A stretch of DNA of 60,600 nt, the filler included, from Sphacelaria rigidula (Eukaryota), in the NCBI GenBank assembly GCA_964200075.2. It is 8 parts of 8 records of this genome, joined end to end, with 100 filler letters (N's around TTAATTAATTAA, not from the genome) between each part and the next. Parts side by side here need not be neighbours in the genome. Positions count along the whole stretch, not along the records: positions 45,527 to 53,013 come from CAXNAA020014701.1; positions 53,114 to 60,600 come from CAXNAA020014702.1; 6 more parts are not named here. One strand, given 5' to 3'. Position numbers and translations under genes: made by a program. This document shows, in pieces, positions 48,709 to 60,600 of the stretch; the stretch's first letter is position 1; every line of letters starts with the position of its first letter. The notes beneath the pieces are model-generated. The model saw nothing but the letters and a program-made list of their open reading frames with translations. It had not been told where the DNA came from and did no database searches.

Positions 48709-51283
48709 TTAGCGGAAGCTAGCACCGTGGGTATCGTCTTCGGACATCCTGTCGGCGTAATAGAGCGAATAGGTATGTCTGCTGTACACGGTAGGCAGCA
48801 TCCGGTCGCGGTCGGGGGGATCCAACCCCCAAGTATCCAAAATGTTGTTGAAGATGTAATCATCAAGGATCTGCCCGTCAGAAAGGGAAGTGAACGTGCG
48901 TGGCCAAAACGTGACAGCGTAAAACTGTGTCAACACAGAGAACATACGGCATGATGCTGAAGCGAGAACGCAAAGTAGAAACACACTACAGAGGGCATAC
49001 ATCAATGTTGAAGATCGAAAGGAGAACCTGGTTCGATTGGTACGTCGAAAAAAATGACAAAAGAATAAACGAGCCTAATATTTTTGCCTTTATTCCAGAA
49101 ATAAGACGATACACACGATACTCGATATCGATTCGATATTCCGCCTATTTTTCACTTGTAAGAGTATACAATTGAGCGGTAAACACTAGGTAGTATATAG
49201 AGTAGGGCAGGTCCCAGTATACACGGAACATATACCGCAAGAGTGCGCTTTCGCAGCGAGCGAAAAAAACGGACCCACAGACGACGGCTGTGGTCCATAT
49301 AACCCAGGATGGAGGGCGTGTATGGGTTATAGCTTCTCACCCGACGTGGGGTGTGTGGAGCGTGTGGGAACGCGACGAGGATCTGGACTGGTAATCCTTG
49401 TGGCGTACGGCTTGGGGCAAGGTACGGATTGATTGGTCATTGGTGCGTGATGGTGCACCTTGAGTGAGGAGTATGACCATCGGTAAGACTGGATACTGGA
49501 GGATAACGGTTCCCGGGATAACAGGCCTGGATTATTATATTATTAAGCAGGTCGGGTCAAATACAGGAGCTGATCACATAAAAAGCAGTTTTCGTGTCTT
49601 TTGCATGAAACATTTGTCATCGAAAAGGTTGATCACAGCAGGACGAGGTGCTTAGTTGTTCCGTTGCGTCCACAACAATACGAGGTGATGAAGACGACCA
49701 TTGGTCCGTCTGTTCCCATCGATCAGCGCATACACACACACCATGCGCACGCCTACTACGCGCCCTGCAACAGGACGGTCACTTCCCTTCGCCAAAATCC
49801 GGAGAAAATGACATAACAAAAATAAATCAAAACAAATAAACGCATAAAAAATGCATCTTCACTGTACTCATGTACGGCCCTCGTTACCGCAGTTGTACCT
49901 TGCCACATACCCGCACGAAACGCGGATGTCAAAAACTTTATCTGAAACATCTACTGCCTTATCCCACCGGGCAGCATTGGATAATCTGGCGCTCACTTCT
50001 CACTACAGCAAAACGATAAAATAGATCGAGCAGCACACCTTGCGGTTGGTCTACGGGCAACGCTTCCGTGTAGTGAAAATGAGTTTTAGAACAGAAAAGG
50101 GGCGCGCGGGGGGGTGGGGGGGTAACGGCAATGATCGCCCCGGACGTGTTCTTCGACAATGGGGTCAAATATAAAAATAATTGAAAGATGAAACTTGAAA
50201 CTCGGTACTCGATACTGTATTAGAATCGATAAATGTCGGCTTTTCAGTCGGAGATTCCGATTCGCAGAATCGCCGATTTGAACCGCGATCTTATAGGTAA
50301 TTCGATATCGACCTCCAGGATTGGAATGCATACGTGTGATAGGCCTTGCGGCCGCGTCTATTGGTGGCGAAAGCGAAGGCCGTCAAGGTACGAAAGAACA
50401 CCACGGTGCACTCACAGCATAGTCTCGCACGGTGAAGTCTCGACCGTCGGTCCTGGCCACAACCACCGTGCCCAGGTGGTTGTGTTCACTGCCCGCCCAT
50501 CTAGGGGGCGCCATCCCGGTGTGCGGCTCGATGGCCAGACGAGTACTCTGGATGGGAAAGATGCAATGGAAGCGGTGCAGAACAACGCAAATATCGCAAA
50601 ATAGTACACGGAGTTAACAAAACACTTACGAGTAGTGAAGGCCACATTTTGGGTGGGGGCGGTTACCGCCTGGAGCAGCACTCACGATGTAAACTAATGT
50701 ACTACGGGATGATACGCAGATGAGCCGAGAAAATTCTAGACTCAAGTTTGGCCAAATAGTTTACTTCATTCGTTACCATCTGCTAACGGATAGAGAATAA
50801 GCCAGGAGAAAAACACGGATGTGACACCCACGACTTGCGCCCCAATTCGCCACTTCAGGACGAGTTTCTTGTTAACCGCTCCCATGGGCCTTGATGGCAA
50901 TGAAACACAGACAGTGCAAACACTTGAACTGACACTTTCCCATTATCTTGTCGTGTCTTACTCCACACATATGCACCGACACATTGCTCGGATAGTGGCG
51001 GAATTACCCAGAAAAAGAGAAATATAGCACAAGTATCATAAACAACTGTCAACTCACAATCTGGTTGGAAGGCACGGGGTCGGTACCCGTCGGCCCGACG
51101 CATAGCGGGCAGCAGCAGTTGCGGGCTTTCTTGATAGCGAGCGGCACACCCAGCATGTTGACAACAGGGCACAGCTCCCATCCGCTGCCCCCCGCCGGCG
51201 GGGGCATCTCCTCGCACGGGAAAGTGACAGGCTTGACGACTGTGTCGCATATCGCCAACACGGTCTGGTGTGACCGAGGGCCC
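48709..51283 (-). CDS. Uncharacterised conserved protein, 3' exons 51283-51058, 50547-50416 and 48870-48709
   Basis: Clean in-phase GT-AG junctions give ...WELCPVVNMLGVPLAIKK...SNQI|STRLAIEPHTGMAPPRWAGSEHNHLGTVVVARTDGRDFTVRDYA|ILDDYIFNNILDTWG...*. Confidence 0.8.
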
Positions 51284-51445
51284 CTGCATACAATGTTCCG
51301 TGGACACGATTACGAGTAAGACAGAGCAGAGGGGATAGCACGCCACTAATCGGTTGTGCAGTCTCCGGGGGACATTGCCGCGGTATTTCCAGACAATTTA
51401 GTGTACATCCGCTTTGAACCGTGAATCCTCGGTGTTGCGGTACAT

Positions 51446-51817
51446 GCTGTGTGTGTGTGTGTGTGTGTGTATGTTGTCATCTCATCTATTCTAGACGCCA
51501 GTCCACACCTTTAGGCATATATGGGCGCATCAGCCGGGGCCACACAGGAGGAAGGTCACACAAAAGATTTTTTGTTCTTGTTATTTTGGTTTCTGTACGC
51601 CATCTTCCTCCTGTGGTGCTTGCTTTCTTTATCGCGAGGAAAATTTGGCGGTTCTTTTTCCTCGTCGACTGTGAAGTCGAATGGCATTGGCACTCTCTAC
51701 TGTTGGGTATGATGTGAGAGGAAATCTTAGATCGTGCGACTTGACCGAGATTCAAAGCAACATCCCAATCGTCAGAGGACTTCCAGAGGTCACCAGCTGA
51801 GCCACCGGGGCGACTGG
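51446..51817 (-). mobile_element. tRNA-derived SINE, family B (near full length, (CA)n tail)
   Basis: Minus strand starts ...GTCGCCCCGGTGGCTCAGCTGGT (tRNA-like A box) and ends in a CA repeat. The same 5' end occurs at 53114-53158. Confidence 0.85.
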
Positions 51818-52268
51818 ATCATGGTGTGACGCGAAATTGCACTCGGCTGTCAAAGACCAGACGGTACGATAACCACGTGGGAGCGCGACAGTTGAGCTCA
51901 TTCGTATCAGGGTCGTGCGACCGCGCACCAGATGCAAAAGCCACGGGATCCATCACAAATGTCAAGAGGGTGCAACCATGGCAGATGGCGTGAGCGTGAC
52001 GTTTACTTCAACCTTTTTAGCACCCCCCGCAAAACGGCAGATCTAACAATCCGATCGATGTCTGGAGGAGGCGAATATCATAGGTGTAGATGGCCGCTAG
52101 TTCGCCGTGCGAGTGTTGGGCAAGATGTCTGTCAAGATGAGAGGTACTGAGGCACAACGCCCATACATGGGGATAAACTCTTGTAGTGAAATGTGAGGAA
52201 TCGGCGGAATCGTGCGCCAATGAAATGCGACCTTAGTGAATTATGTAGTGATAACTGCTTGTGATTGG

Positions 52269-52670
52269 CTGAGAGTGCTTAATCAATATTTGAATAGAGT
52301 ATTTGAGGTCGTACTCGGTCTACTCAAAATTTGAGTAGAGTATTGAGGTCATACCCAAGTGGTATTCTATACTCGAGTATTACTGAGAGTGCTTACTCAA
52401 TATTTGAGTAGAGTATTCGAGGTCGTACTTCATCTACTCAAAATTTGAGTGTAGTATTGAGGTCATACCCAATTGATACTCCATCCTCAAGTACTACTGA
52501 GAGTGCTTACTCAATATTTGAGTAGATGGAGTATTTGAGGTCGTACTCAATCTGTTCAAAATTTGAGTAAAGTATTTAAGGCCGTACTCGACCTACTCAA
52601 ACTTTGAGAGTAAATACTCGAGTATTTTACTCGAATACTCAGAAGTACATACTCTACTCGACCTGCCCTT
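52269..52670. repeat. 114-bp tandem repeat (x~3), rich in GAGTA/TACTC palindromes; likely non-autonomous DNA transposon end
   Basis: gagagtgctta starts at 52271, 52385 and 52499. Confidence 0.85.
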
Positions 52671-52903
52671 GAAATCTAGGTAACTTAGGATGGAGCGTGT
52701 GTTCTGTTCGGCAGAGGTTCGGCACAGGTCCGACCAGTCAATGACGTCTTCATCATCCCTCCGCGTTCATATATTTTTTGTTGACAACGGATTTTTGGTC
52801 GGTAATCCTTCGTTCACCCCCATGACTATACTATAATTCGGGTTTGTGCGCATCAGGCAATGTACAGATGTATCAGCAGTATGAGTCGCCGTGGAGAGCT
52901 TTT

Positions 52904-53013
52904 GACACTTTCTACGATAGCCCCCCCCCAAAACCAGCTAAAAGTGCACGAAAAAAATGGCCATACAGCGCCTGATGTTCGCGTTCAGGCTGCATGAAGC
53001 ACCTCATATTGGC
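52904..53013. mobile_element. Second copy of the 20757-20947 MITE, cut by contig end
   Basis: gacactttctacgatagcccccc...tacagcgcctgatgtt is shared. Confidence 0.85.
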
Positions 53014-53113
53014 NNNNNNNNNNNNNNNNNNNNNNNNNNNNNNNNNNNNNNNNNNNNTTAATTAATTAANNNNNNNNNNNNNNNNNNNNNNNNNNNNNNN
53101 NNNNNNNNNNNNN

Positions 53114-53158
53114 TCAGAAGGTTACGAGGTTACCAACTGAGCCACCGGGGCGACCGGC
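53114..53158 (-). mobile_element. 5' tRNA-like head of SINE family B, cut by contig start
   Basis: Minus strand reads GGTCGCCCCGGTGGCTCAGTTGGTAACCTCG. Confidence 0.75.
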
Positions 53159-53485
53159 TATCCCTCCGTGTGCGAAACATATTTCAGCATAAAACGCCCT
53201 CAAACGAGAGCATACCGGTTACGTCGAGCCGTCACATTTTCATCTCTCTTCCGATTTGAGTAAAAACGTCTGTCACCTCCCACTTGGGAGTTCGACGCCG
53301 CAAGCAATTGCGGACTTATGCATTCGGACATGGATGTAACGGAAATACCTGCTCACGGATGGTATCTACTCGCCCCACACTTCGCCGTGCACATCTTCAT
53401 ATCCCCCCCCGAACCCTGCACAATTCTCGTCTGCCCAGCTAACTAAAACTCATGTGCGCGTGGTGAAAAACTCGTCGTCGCTCAC

Positions 53486-56400
53486 CTGGATGGTGTTGAT
53501 GTACAAGAGCCGCTGGGAGGTGGGCACAAACTTGAAGTTGATGGTGTGCGCCGGCACCCACACGGCCCACGACCCCATGACCGCCGTTTGGAGGTCATTT
53601 TTGATCTTTGTTACGATTTCATTTGGGCTCTTACCCTCCGCCAATCCCAGGTACGAGAAGAACATCACTCCGAAGATGGGATTCCAGATCGTCTGCGCAG
53701 TTATTCCAAAAACACGTGCAAGGAGGCGTGGGTACGAGTTAGCGGACTGGCCACAGTTTCGAGTCTCTGTCTGAGGCGCCGCCATTACCAGTGTTACGCC
53801 ATAACAAAAAAACACATTTTTTTCCCAACAGATTTTGGCTGCTTTCCCCTCTTGTGCGCACTGCTGCAACGCGCAGAATTAGAGCTGGTGACGTGTAACT
53901 GTTAACTGTGGTTTTCATAACATATGATCGAAGTTACAGCACATCTGATTATTTACAGCGCGCGTATGGCCGTGCGTCATGAACTGCACACCTCTGCAGA
54001 CAATGTGCCGATCGGTACGCTACCGATGCTCATGATCCGGAAAGGGTCATGTGTCAGTTTGCTACAACGTCGACCGCCCAGTCGCTCAAGATGTCGAAGT
54101 TAGTGAACGTGCGCGTGTACATATGCATCCATCTCTAGTGCACGAAGTCTGGACTGCGGGATAGACGCTTTGAGAGCGCATCGGCGGCATTCCCCGAAAT
54201 TGCTTGTGCTCATGCCAGTAATTTGTGCGGGCGCTTAGCGCATGTGTTGACTCGGGGATGGGGCACGCGACGTTTGCTTCCTCAGGAAAGCCGGAGACAA
54301 CGAGCCTCCTATCGGGACGCACAGACCTTATTATGCTAGTAACACATCAATCAAGTCTTCCGCGACAAAGTCGGCCTGTCTCGGATACGGGGTGAATCAT
54401 TTCACATCTTTCACGAATAATAAAAAGCGTACTTCAGAGGCTCGTGATTGCGGATCAGAGAAGTACAAGGGCTGTATTTTGCGTCATATCGCACTTTGCT
54501 GCGCGTAGCTCAGCGGGAGCTGAATCATTTTGAGTGCTTCATGGTCGCATCAGTAGTCGCGAATATGTAGTTGTCTCGTACGCTATGGGAAAACGTTTTG
54601 TGTGGGCGATAACGGGTTTATTTGAGATCGTATGAGTGATGCTACAGGGTGTAAACTATTTCTCAGCATCTGCATGTCATTACCGTATGCATTCAACCTT
54701 CTCAACGTTTCCGAGCGGGCAACAACACACATGCCACCTCTTCCTCTGCCGTGCATGTTCCATCAAACTGAAACACGTGGAATATGACACGGCCCACACC
54801 TTCACAACGACAACAAGAGGGATCAATTTTGATGACTACAAGTTTACAGTTGTACAGGAATTACACCGGACGCAGGGGGGTAGCATAATCTGTCGGTCGT
54901 GGTACCTATTCCCCCCCCAACCCCCTTCCCCGCGTGTTTTGGCCATAAACAAAATTTCAAAGGTAATCCAAGAATCGCTACAAAGGCAGCATGAAGTCCC
55001 ACTGTAAGGCGCCCATTAGCTACAGGAGTATTACGCCACACATGAGTGAGTGTGTTAGAGAGCTGAGTCTTCCCCTACACCCTCCCAATACGAGTCGTGA
55101 GGTGTGGCGCGGTCTTCGGAATACTCCTGAACACCACCTATCCTTCCGACTCGCGGTCAACTAGTTTCCAAGTTTCGTCAACAGTGAGAATTCTCGCCTT
55201 GGAGCATACCCTCAAGCATCAACCAGGTCTACAGTACTACCCACCTGACTGATTAGATCAAAAGTGCCTCCCCCTCACGACCGAATGCGGGCTTCTCGAA
55301 TTTTTGGGCGCAGTGCTGAAACTGGAAGACATACTACCCCCCTGCCGGACGCGTGAAGGTGTGGCGTGCGTGCCCTGCAGGTTTTTTTTCTTAGCTTACT
55401 CATTTATGCGTTGCACCCTCCTGCTTTTTTTTCTCTCACTCTTCTTTGGCGAGTGTTTCAGATTTGTCTTGTCTTGGGATACATTTACTGTGTGACCACA
55501 GGTGGATCCTGCGGAATCAATCAAAAGTGCGTCAGCCGCAGTACAGACATAATAATGAAAATACGCACCTGGTCAATGGCCACCTTGGACACCACCGTCA
55601 TCGGAGCAGTTCCGGGCATCTTCTTGTCAAGCATCCCATAGAACCAATGTCCCGTGGGCCCGTGCACAAGCGCACCGAATGACCCTATTCGATCCGGACA
55701 AGAACAAAAGAGAGGGTCAAGGATGTAACGATATGTGGGCATTCGTTCCCTCCATCAAGACATCTCCAAAGCGGGAGGCGGGGGCCATTGACTTTTCGTC
55801 AGAAAACTCGCGAGTCCTTCGAAGACTAGGAGTTCGAACACATAAATCAACAACTTTCAACATGGAACTCGAACATCGTCCCCCCCCATCCCACCCCTCG
55901 GGGTGCCAAACCGGCTTGTGACAGCTTTCGATGCTGACGTTCCGAGAAATGCACATTTTCATAGGAAGGATTTCAAGCATGGCTTGGCATACTTGTCCCG
56001 AGGGAGGAATCAGCAGCATCACCTTCCCTTAGCTTTGATCACGACAAGTCCTCCAAGTGTTGATATTTTAAAGTTTCGTTTGCAGCAAGAAGTCTACGAG
56101 CATGCTCGAATATCAGGGCCCAGTGCCGTAACCGTAAGTGTCTTTCTTCCACGTGTATTGCTCGGTTTTTGCAATCGGTTGGCTGGTTTTGCCCGAAGAT
56201 GACAAAACGAACACCTAAATTAGAAGTGGATGTCGAGCTGGTTTGCGAGACTACACCACTTGGGCTTGAACAGAGGCTACTGCTGTAGCTGCTGGTGGGC
56301 TCCACTCGATAGTGGCGTGGTTTTGATGCGATGGTGTTCGCGAGGGTTATCGAGGAAAATTTCTCCGAGTTTGTACAGCCGAGTGCGATTGCCTTGCCGT

Positions 56401-58500
56401 CATTTGAGAAAATTTCACAATTGTCGACAAATTTTGTGTCCCATAGCAAGTAGAATCAAGACCGGCTTCCGGGTCAATAGACTGTAGAGATAGCCTGAGG
56501 GTGACGTGACACTATTATAAATCAAGCGCAAGACGACGGTAATAGACAATGAACTTTTGGTGCGGTACTTCTTTCATCGCCAACAACAGTGCGGTCCTCG
56601 TCTTTTTCGTATCAAGAACGTCCAGGTCGTTATTTACCATTCGAGCCTACACTGCGAGAGCACCCTTTAATAGTTGTGGTGCCATCTTTCAGCCACAGCG
56701 CACAACTCATGTGAATGTTCCATGTACATCGACGTATTGGGCCTCATATCGGGGTTGTTGTTGGTGATGCAAGCGTTCGCGAGTGGAGGAGAGAGAAAAG
56801 TGCGATACCTGCATTCAACAGTAAAAATAGTTTACATCCCAACTGCAAAATGTTCATGGTGTGTTGCAATCGCCCCACGATAGCGCATGCACAAGCGGCC
56901 AACGAAAGTGACAAAAGTGGACAAAAATGACAACTGATAACGGAGGACATACGAGCACCAAAGCCAGTCCAAAGACACCACGACACTGTGCGCGCTGTGA
57001 GAGTACCATATTCGAAGTACTCGACGAAACTAAGGCAAGATGCTGCCGGTACCGTACGGTAGTCCCGAACATACTTGTCGAAGAGCTGTCCTTTCTTTGC
57101 GAACTCGCCGACATTTCCATCCCTTGCGAGCGCGAGTTCACAGAAATTCTAGTAGCTTGGAGGGTGATACACTATACTGAGTGCTGTCATCCGTGGGTAT
57201 ATTGTTATGTGGAGGTCATCTGTTCTAAAATGAACTAACGCTCGTGATGCCAGATCAAGAAGGCATGAGGTGTGAAGAGCATCGTTTGGCGTGCAAGACC
57301 GTTCTCTGGGGACAGCGGGGACGACAGTAAGACGATTACGTGTTGGATGTACAGTACTACACTCCATCCAAGTACAACAGTGCCGTGCTGATCGTTTATT
57401 CAGTAGCTTCGTTGAAGCAAATGAACGCATGTTGTACAAAAAAAAGGCGTAGTGTTGGCTGGGCGAAGGCGACGATACTCACATGGGGAGCCCCCAGAAA
57501 TCTCTCCCGAAATGCTTTACACGCGACTCTTATATCGCTTCTTGATGTTTAGTCCGAGGCAAGCGGAGAGAGAACCAGTCGCTGAGAGGGTAGCGCGTTT
57601 TTACTGGCGGCAATGCTGCACTGTTTGTTGCAGTTGGGGAGTGTCGGCGTGGAGTCTGTGCCTTCTGTTGTAGTACTTAGGAGTTGGAATGTGGCCACGC
57701 CAACTGCCGTCTGTTGACCTGGTCCAGTTTTGCCTTCTATGGTGCCTAGTATGATCATTACGTACCAACAGAGGACGGAGAGATAGGATGGACTGCTGTA
57801 ATCTCACCAGCAAAAAATTGACAGAGGTCGATGATTCTTCCCGAAGCGCCTTGCGAGTACAAATGCATCCACCCATACTCGGTGGTCTGCGCCAGAATCA
57901 AGCAGACGGTGAGCGGTACCATCTCGAGCAGTCACCGCTGCCTAAACACTTGGATGCCTTCTTAGAGCGTGCAAGTCCCACCATGCCACCGACGTAGCAT
58001 GCCATGTTGGCGCAGCGAATCGACATGGCTGACGTTGGGTGACGTGAACAATTTCGTGTGGGGACACCAAAACACGGGTTGTTTCCACGACAGCACGGAC
58101 TACACCTCCGCGGTCTGCCTGTACCGTGCAGTGTGCGTATATTGAGGGAAGCTTCCTCGTGTGCGAATACAAGTTCCTGCGTGCTTTCATTGCTGTTCAT
58201 TAGCTAGACATGCACATAGCATGGCACACGCTTTTTGCAGCAACATGTCCCGCTGTAGGGAGCAACGTCTACGGTATCAGTACTATACTGTTCTGTATTG
58301 TTTTGTACCGACTTGCACTGCATACAAACCGCTCACTCACCCAGGCGGATTGTTCGCATTATATCATAGTCCTCGTCAGGGTTGATGAACTTTTGCGCCA
58401 AGATGTCTCCCACCGTGAACCCCGTGAGGGAGGTCAGAGCCTTGACGACCAAAGGGTTGCTCGCCAGAGCTTTGTTGTACGCCGCCCATAATCCAGACAT
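53486..58500 (-). CDS. Mpv17/PMP22 family membrane protein (exons 58500-58341, 55684-55569, 53692-53486; last exon missing)
   Basis: Spliced product MSGLWAAYNKALASNPLVVKALTSLTGFTVGDILAQ...GSFGALVHGPTGHWFY...KVAIDQ|TIWNPIF...WAVWVPAHTINFKFVPTSQRLLYIN contains the family motifs. Phases 1 and 0 are consistent. Confidence 0.95.
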
Positions 58501-59091
58501 CGTGACGGCGATATAAACAAAGACGGTTGCAGCGTTGTGGTGCAATTGTACGCGTGGCTGCAAGAATGGACAACGTGAGAGGTATGCAGTTCTACTAACC
58601 TAATGACATACCTTTGTACGCGTAGCAAATATTTCGAAGAGTTTTACACTAGTGGTAGCGAGGTGGTAGACTCTATCGTGGTGATTTTCGTTGCTAAATA
58701 TGGCCATTCACGATGACTACCGGTATATATATGTATATATATTAATATAAGTTTTGGTTAAATATATGCAACGTAAATTCTATAAATGCCAAGAACAAAC
58801 ACAAGGTGATGCGATAATTTGGATCTCATCCAAAAACGACGACGGGTACGAGAGCAATACGTTTTGAAGAGGCGTTTAAGATGATGGAACATGATTGAAA
58901 TAATATATGTATAACTTTTTTCAGAACCCTCCAGGCAGGTACTGTTTCTCCACGCGCCGCACGAAGTCTTACTGATTGTGTCTGCCCTCAGACAAGCAAG
59001 CATTGTGACGAACTCTGGGTGGTCTCAACAGCTGTAAAGGACAATCAGAACTTGAGAAAGGGTATCAGCTTTTGGAGCGGCAGATTCAACA
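58501..59091. promoter_or_regulatory. Candidate bidirectional promoter
   Basis: 591 bp between divergent ATGs, with an AT-rich core at ~58720-58790. Confidence 0.55.
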
Positions 59092-60039
59092 ATGGCAGGC
59101 CTTGTGATCGACGATGGCATCAAAGAGTCAGACTATGGCTATGTGCTGCGCGTTTCGGGTCCTCGTAAGTCGCTGCTGTGGAGCTGTGCTGTTGTTGTAG
59201 CAGAGGGCGCACTTGAGAGAGAAAGTAGTCCGTATTTGTTGTTCGGTTGAGTCATGCCAGGACTTACCTTTGTTGGAGAGGCGTTGCAGTCGAGTTCACC
59301 TGTAATCTCTTCGTTTGTGTGCGGTGAGATGAATTCCTTGATGCTCAGCATTTGCTTCTACAGCGGAAGTAGGAGACCAGCGAAGCCTTCACAGTGCAGC
59401 TAATATGTACACAATTTATTGTAGGAACCCGTAAGCGCTTCGTGTTTTCGTCATTGTGGGCAACAGACTAGGACCTTTCGCGTACACGAACACGAAACTC
59501 GATACTTTTTTCGTGTCCCGCCTTGACTCGGTCTCGCTGCAGGAGCGAGTTGCTTGTTGAAGCTACCCACGCGTAACTAGATGATATCGTTACGATCGCT
59601 GTCTGTCGGTACAGCTCTGATGCTGGTGTAGCTCTGATTCTTGACGGGTGCTTATCAAGCAATCCGCCGTCATGGTGAATTTCGCAACACCAAAAGTAGG
59701 CCCCTCCTCACCCCGCGGCTACGTTACCCCTATCTTTCCTCACAATGTACTCTGAAAACGAGTCGTTTTTATTGGGTTGCACCAACACTGCAATGAACCT
59801 ACTGTAAACGCATGCTCGGAGCTCCCCACACAGCAGCGCTCGCTGATGTTCGTGTTTGTGTTGATCCCATCCCCCGCCCGTCCGCTCATCCTACCTCCTG
59901 CATGCCGTACCTTCGGTAATGATCAGTGGTTATTGCGGAGAGCATGTCCGGGGCTGCTATGTACGAGCTCGTGCGAGTGGGGCACCAGAAGCTTGTCGGG
60001 GAGATCATCAGGCTGGAGGGTGACACTGCTTCCATCCAG
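59092..60039 (+). CDS. VHA-A: V-type H+-ATPase catalytic subunit A, exons 59092-59164 and 59927-60039 (continues beyond window)
   Basis: [62 protein letters not shown] is the conserved V-ATPase A N-terminus. Phase-1 GT-AG intron. Confidence 0.96.
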
Positions 60040-60600
60040 GTATATTCAGGTCCCTTTGACCCTCTTCGCTGTACATGTTTTTTTTGTTTGCCTGCGATCC
60101 AGGTAGCAAGCAGTTATCCTCGCATTCTCCCACGCTTCCTGCCAACGTTGTCTCTGGGTCGGATGTCGTACACACGGGAATCGTCTGGTATTAGCTTATA
60201 CATTTTGCAGCAGCACGTCTTGCTGCAAGTCACACTTGACCGTAGCGAGGAAGAAAGTGGGTCCAGCATCATGCACGATCCGATCGATGCAGTTCCTGTC
60301 ATGCACCAATTCATTTTTGTTCAGGCAATCCGTCCCACACGAGACCGTATCCAACACACCGCAGCGGTTATGGTCACGTGGGATGCGCTCGAAAGCAAGT
60401 GCTCATTACTGGCGACGTTAACTATCATGAGTCACTTGTGGCGTGTTGCCGCCTCACGAGCTTGTATACGGGCGATCTTGAGCTCTCCCTTTGTCGACAA
60501 AATTCTCGGAAATCAATACCCCCCCCCCCCCCCCCCCCCTCCTCCTTCCCTATTTTTTTTTTCTCCAAAACCATCCCCTATCCTTAGATTTTCTTCCTGT

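Noticed and set aside
51780-51817. tRNA gene
   Set aside because: Only the A-box half is tRNA-like, and it continues into a multi-copy SINE body.
52269-52670. CRISPR-like array
   Set aside because: Whole 114-bp units repeat without unique spacers; eukaryotic context and no cas genes.
55900-57960. Protein-like short ORFs inside Mpv17 intron 1
   Set aside because: Interrupted by stops, with no recognisable motifs; probably old TE debris.

Overview
Eukaryotic, TE-rich nuclear DNA, most likely from a brown alga (Phaeophyceae, stramenopile). That assignment is an inference from the many short GT-AG exons, a heterokont-type signal+AF plastid presequence and the TE types. The window is not one locus. 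It is eight ~7,487-7,488-bp contigs joined by 100-bp N44-TTAATTAATTAA-N44 linkers, so adjacency across linkers means nothing. Host gene fragments: a Sin3-like corepressor (9 exons), an Mpv17/PMP22 gene head-to-head with V-ATPase subunit A, a Tctex-1-like dynein light chain head-to-head with a putative plastid-targeted first exon, and a 3-exon uncharacterised conserved protein. Mobile DNA: a decayed Ty3/Gypsy element, a near-full-length decayed RTE-type LINE, a Ty1/Copia element sitting in a microsatellite with a nested gag and a MITE, two tRNA-derived SINE families, several MITEs, a long foldback and degenerate tandem arrays. The most unusual observation is two tandem PAM2-like (poly(A)-binding-protein-recruiting) motifs at the N-terminus of the LINE polyprotein, in frame with its endonuclease.
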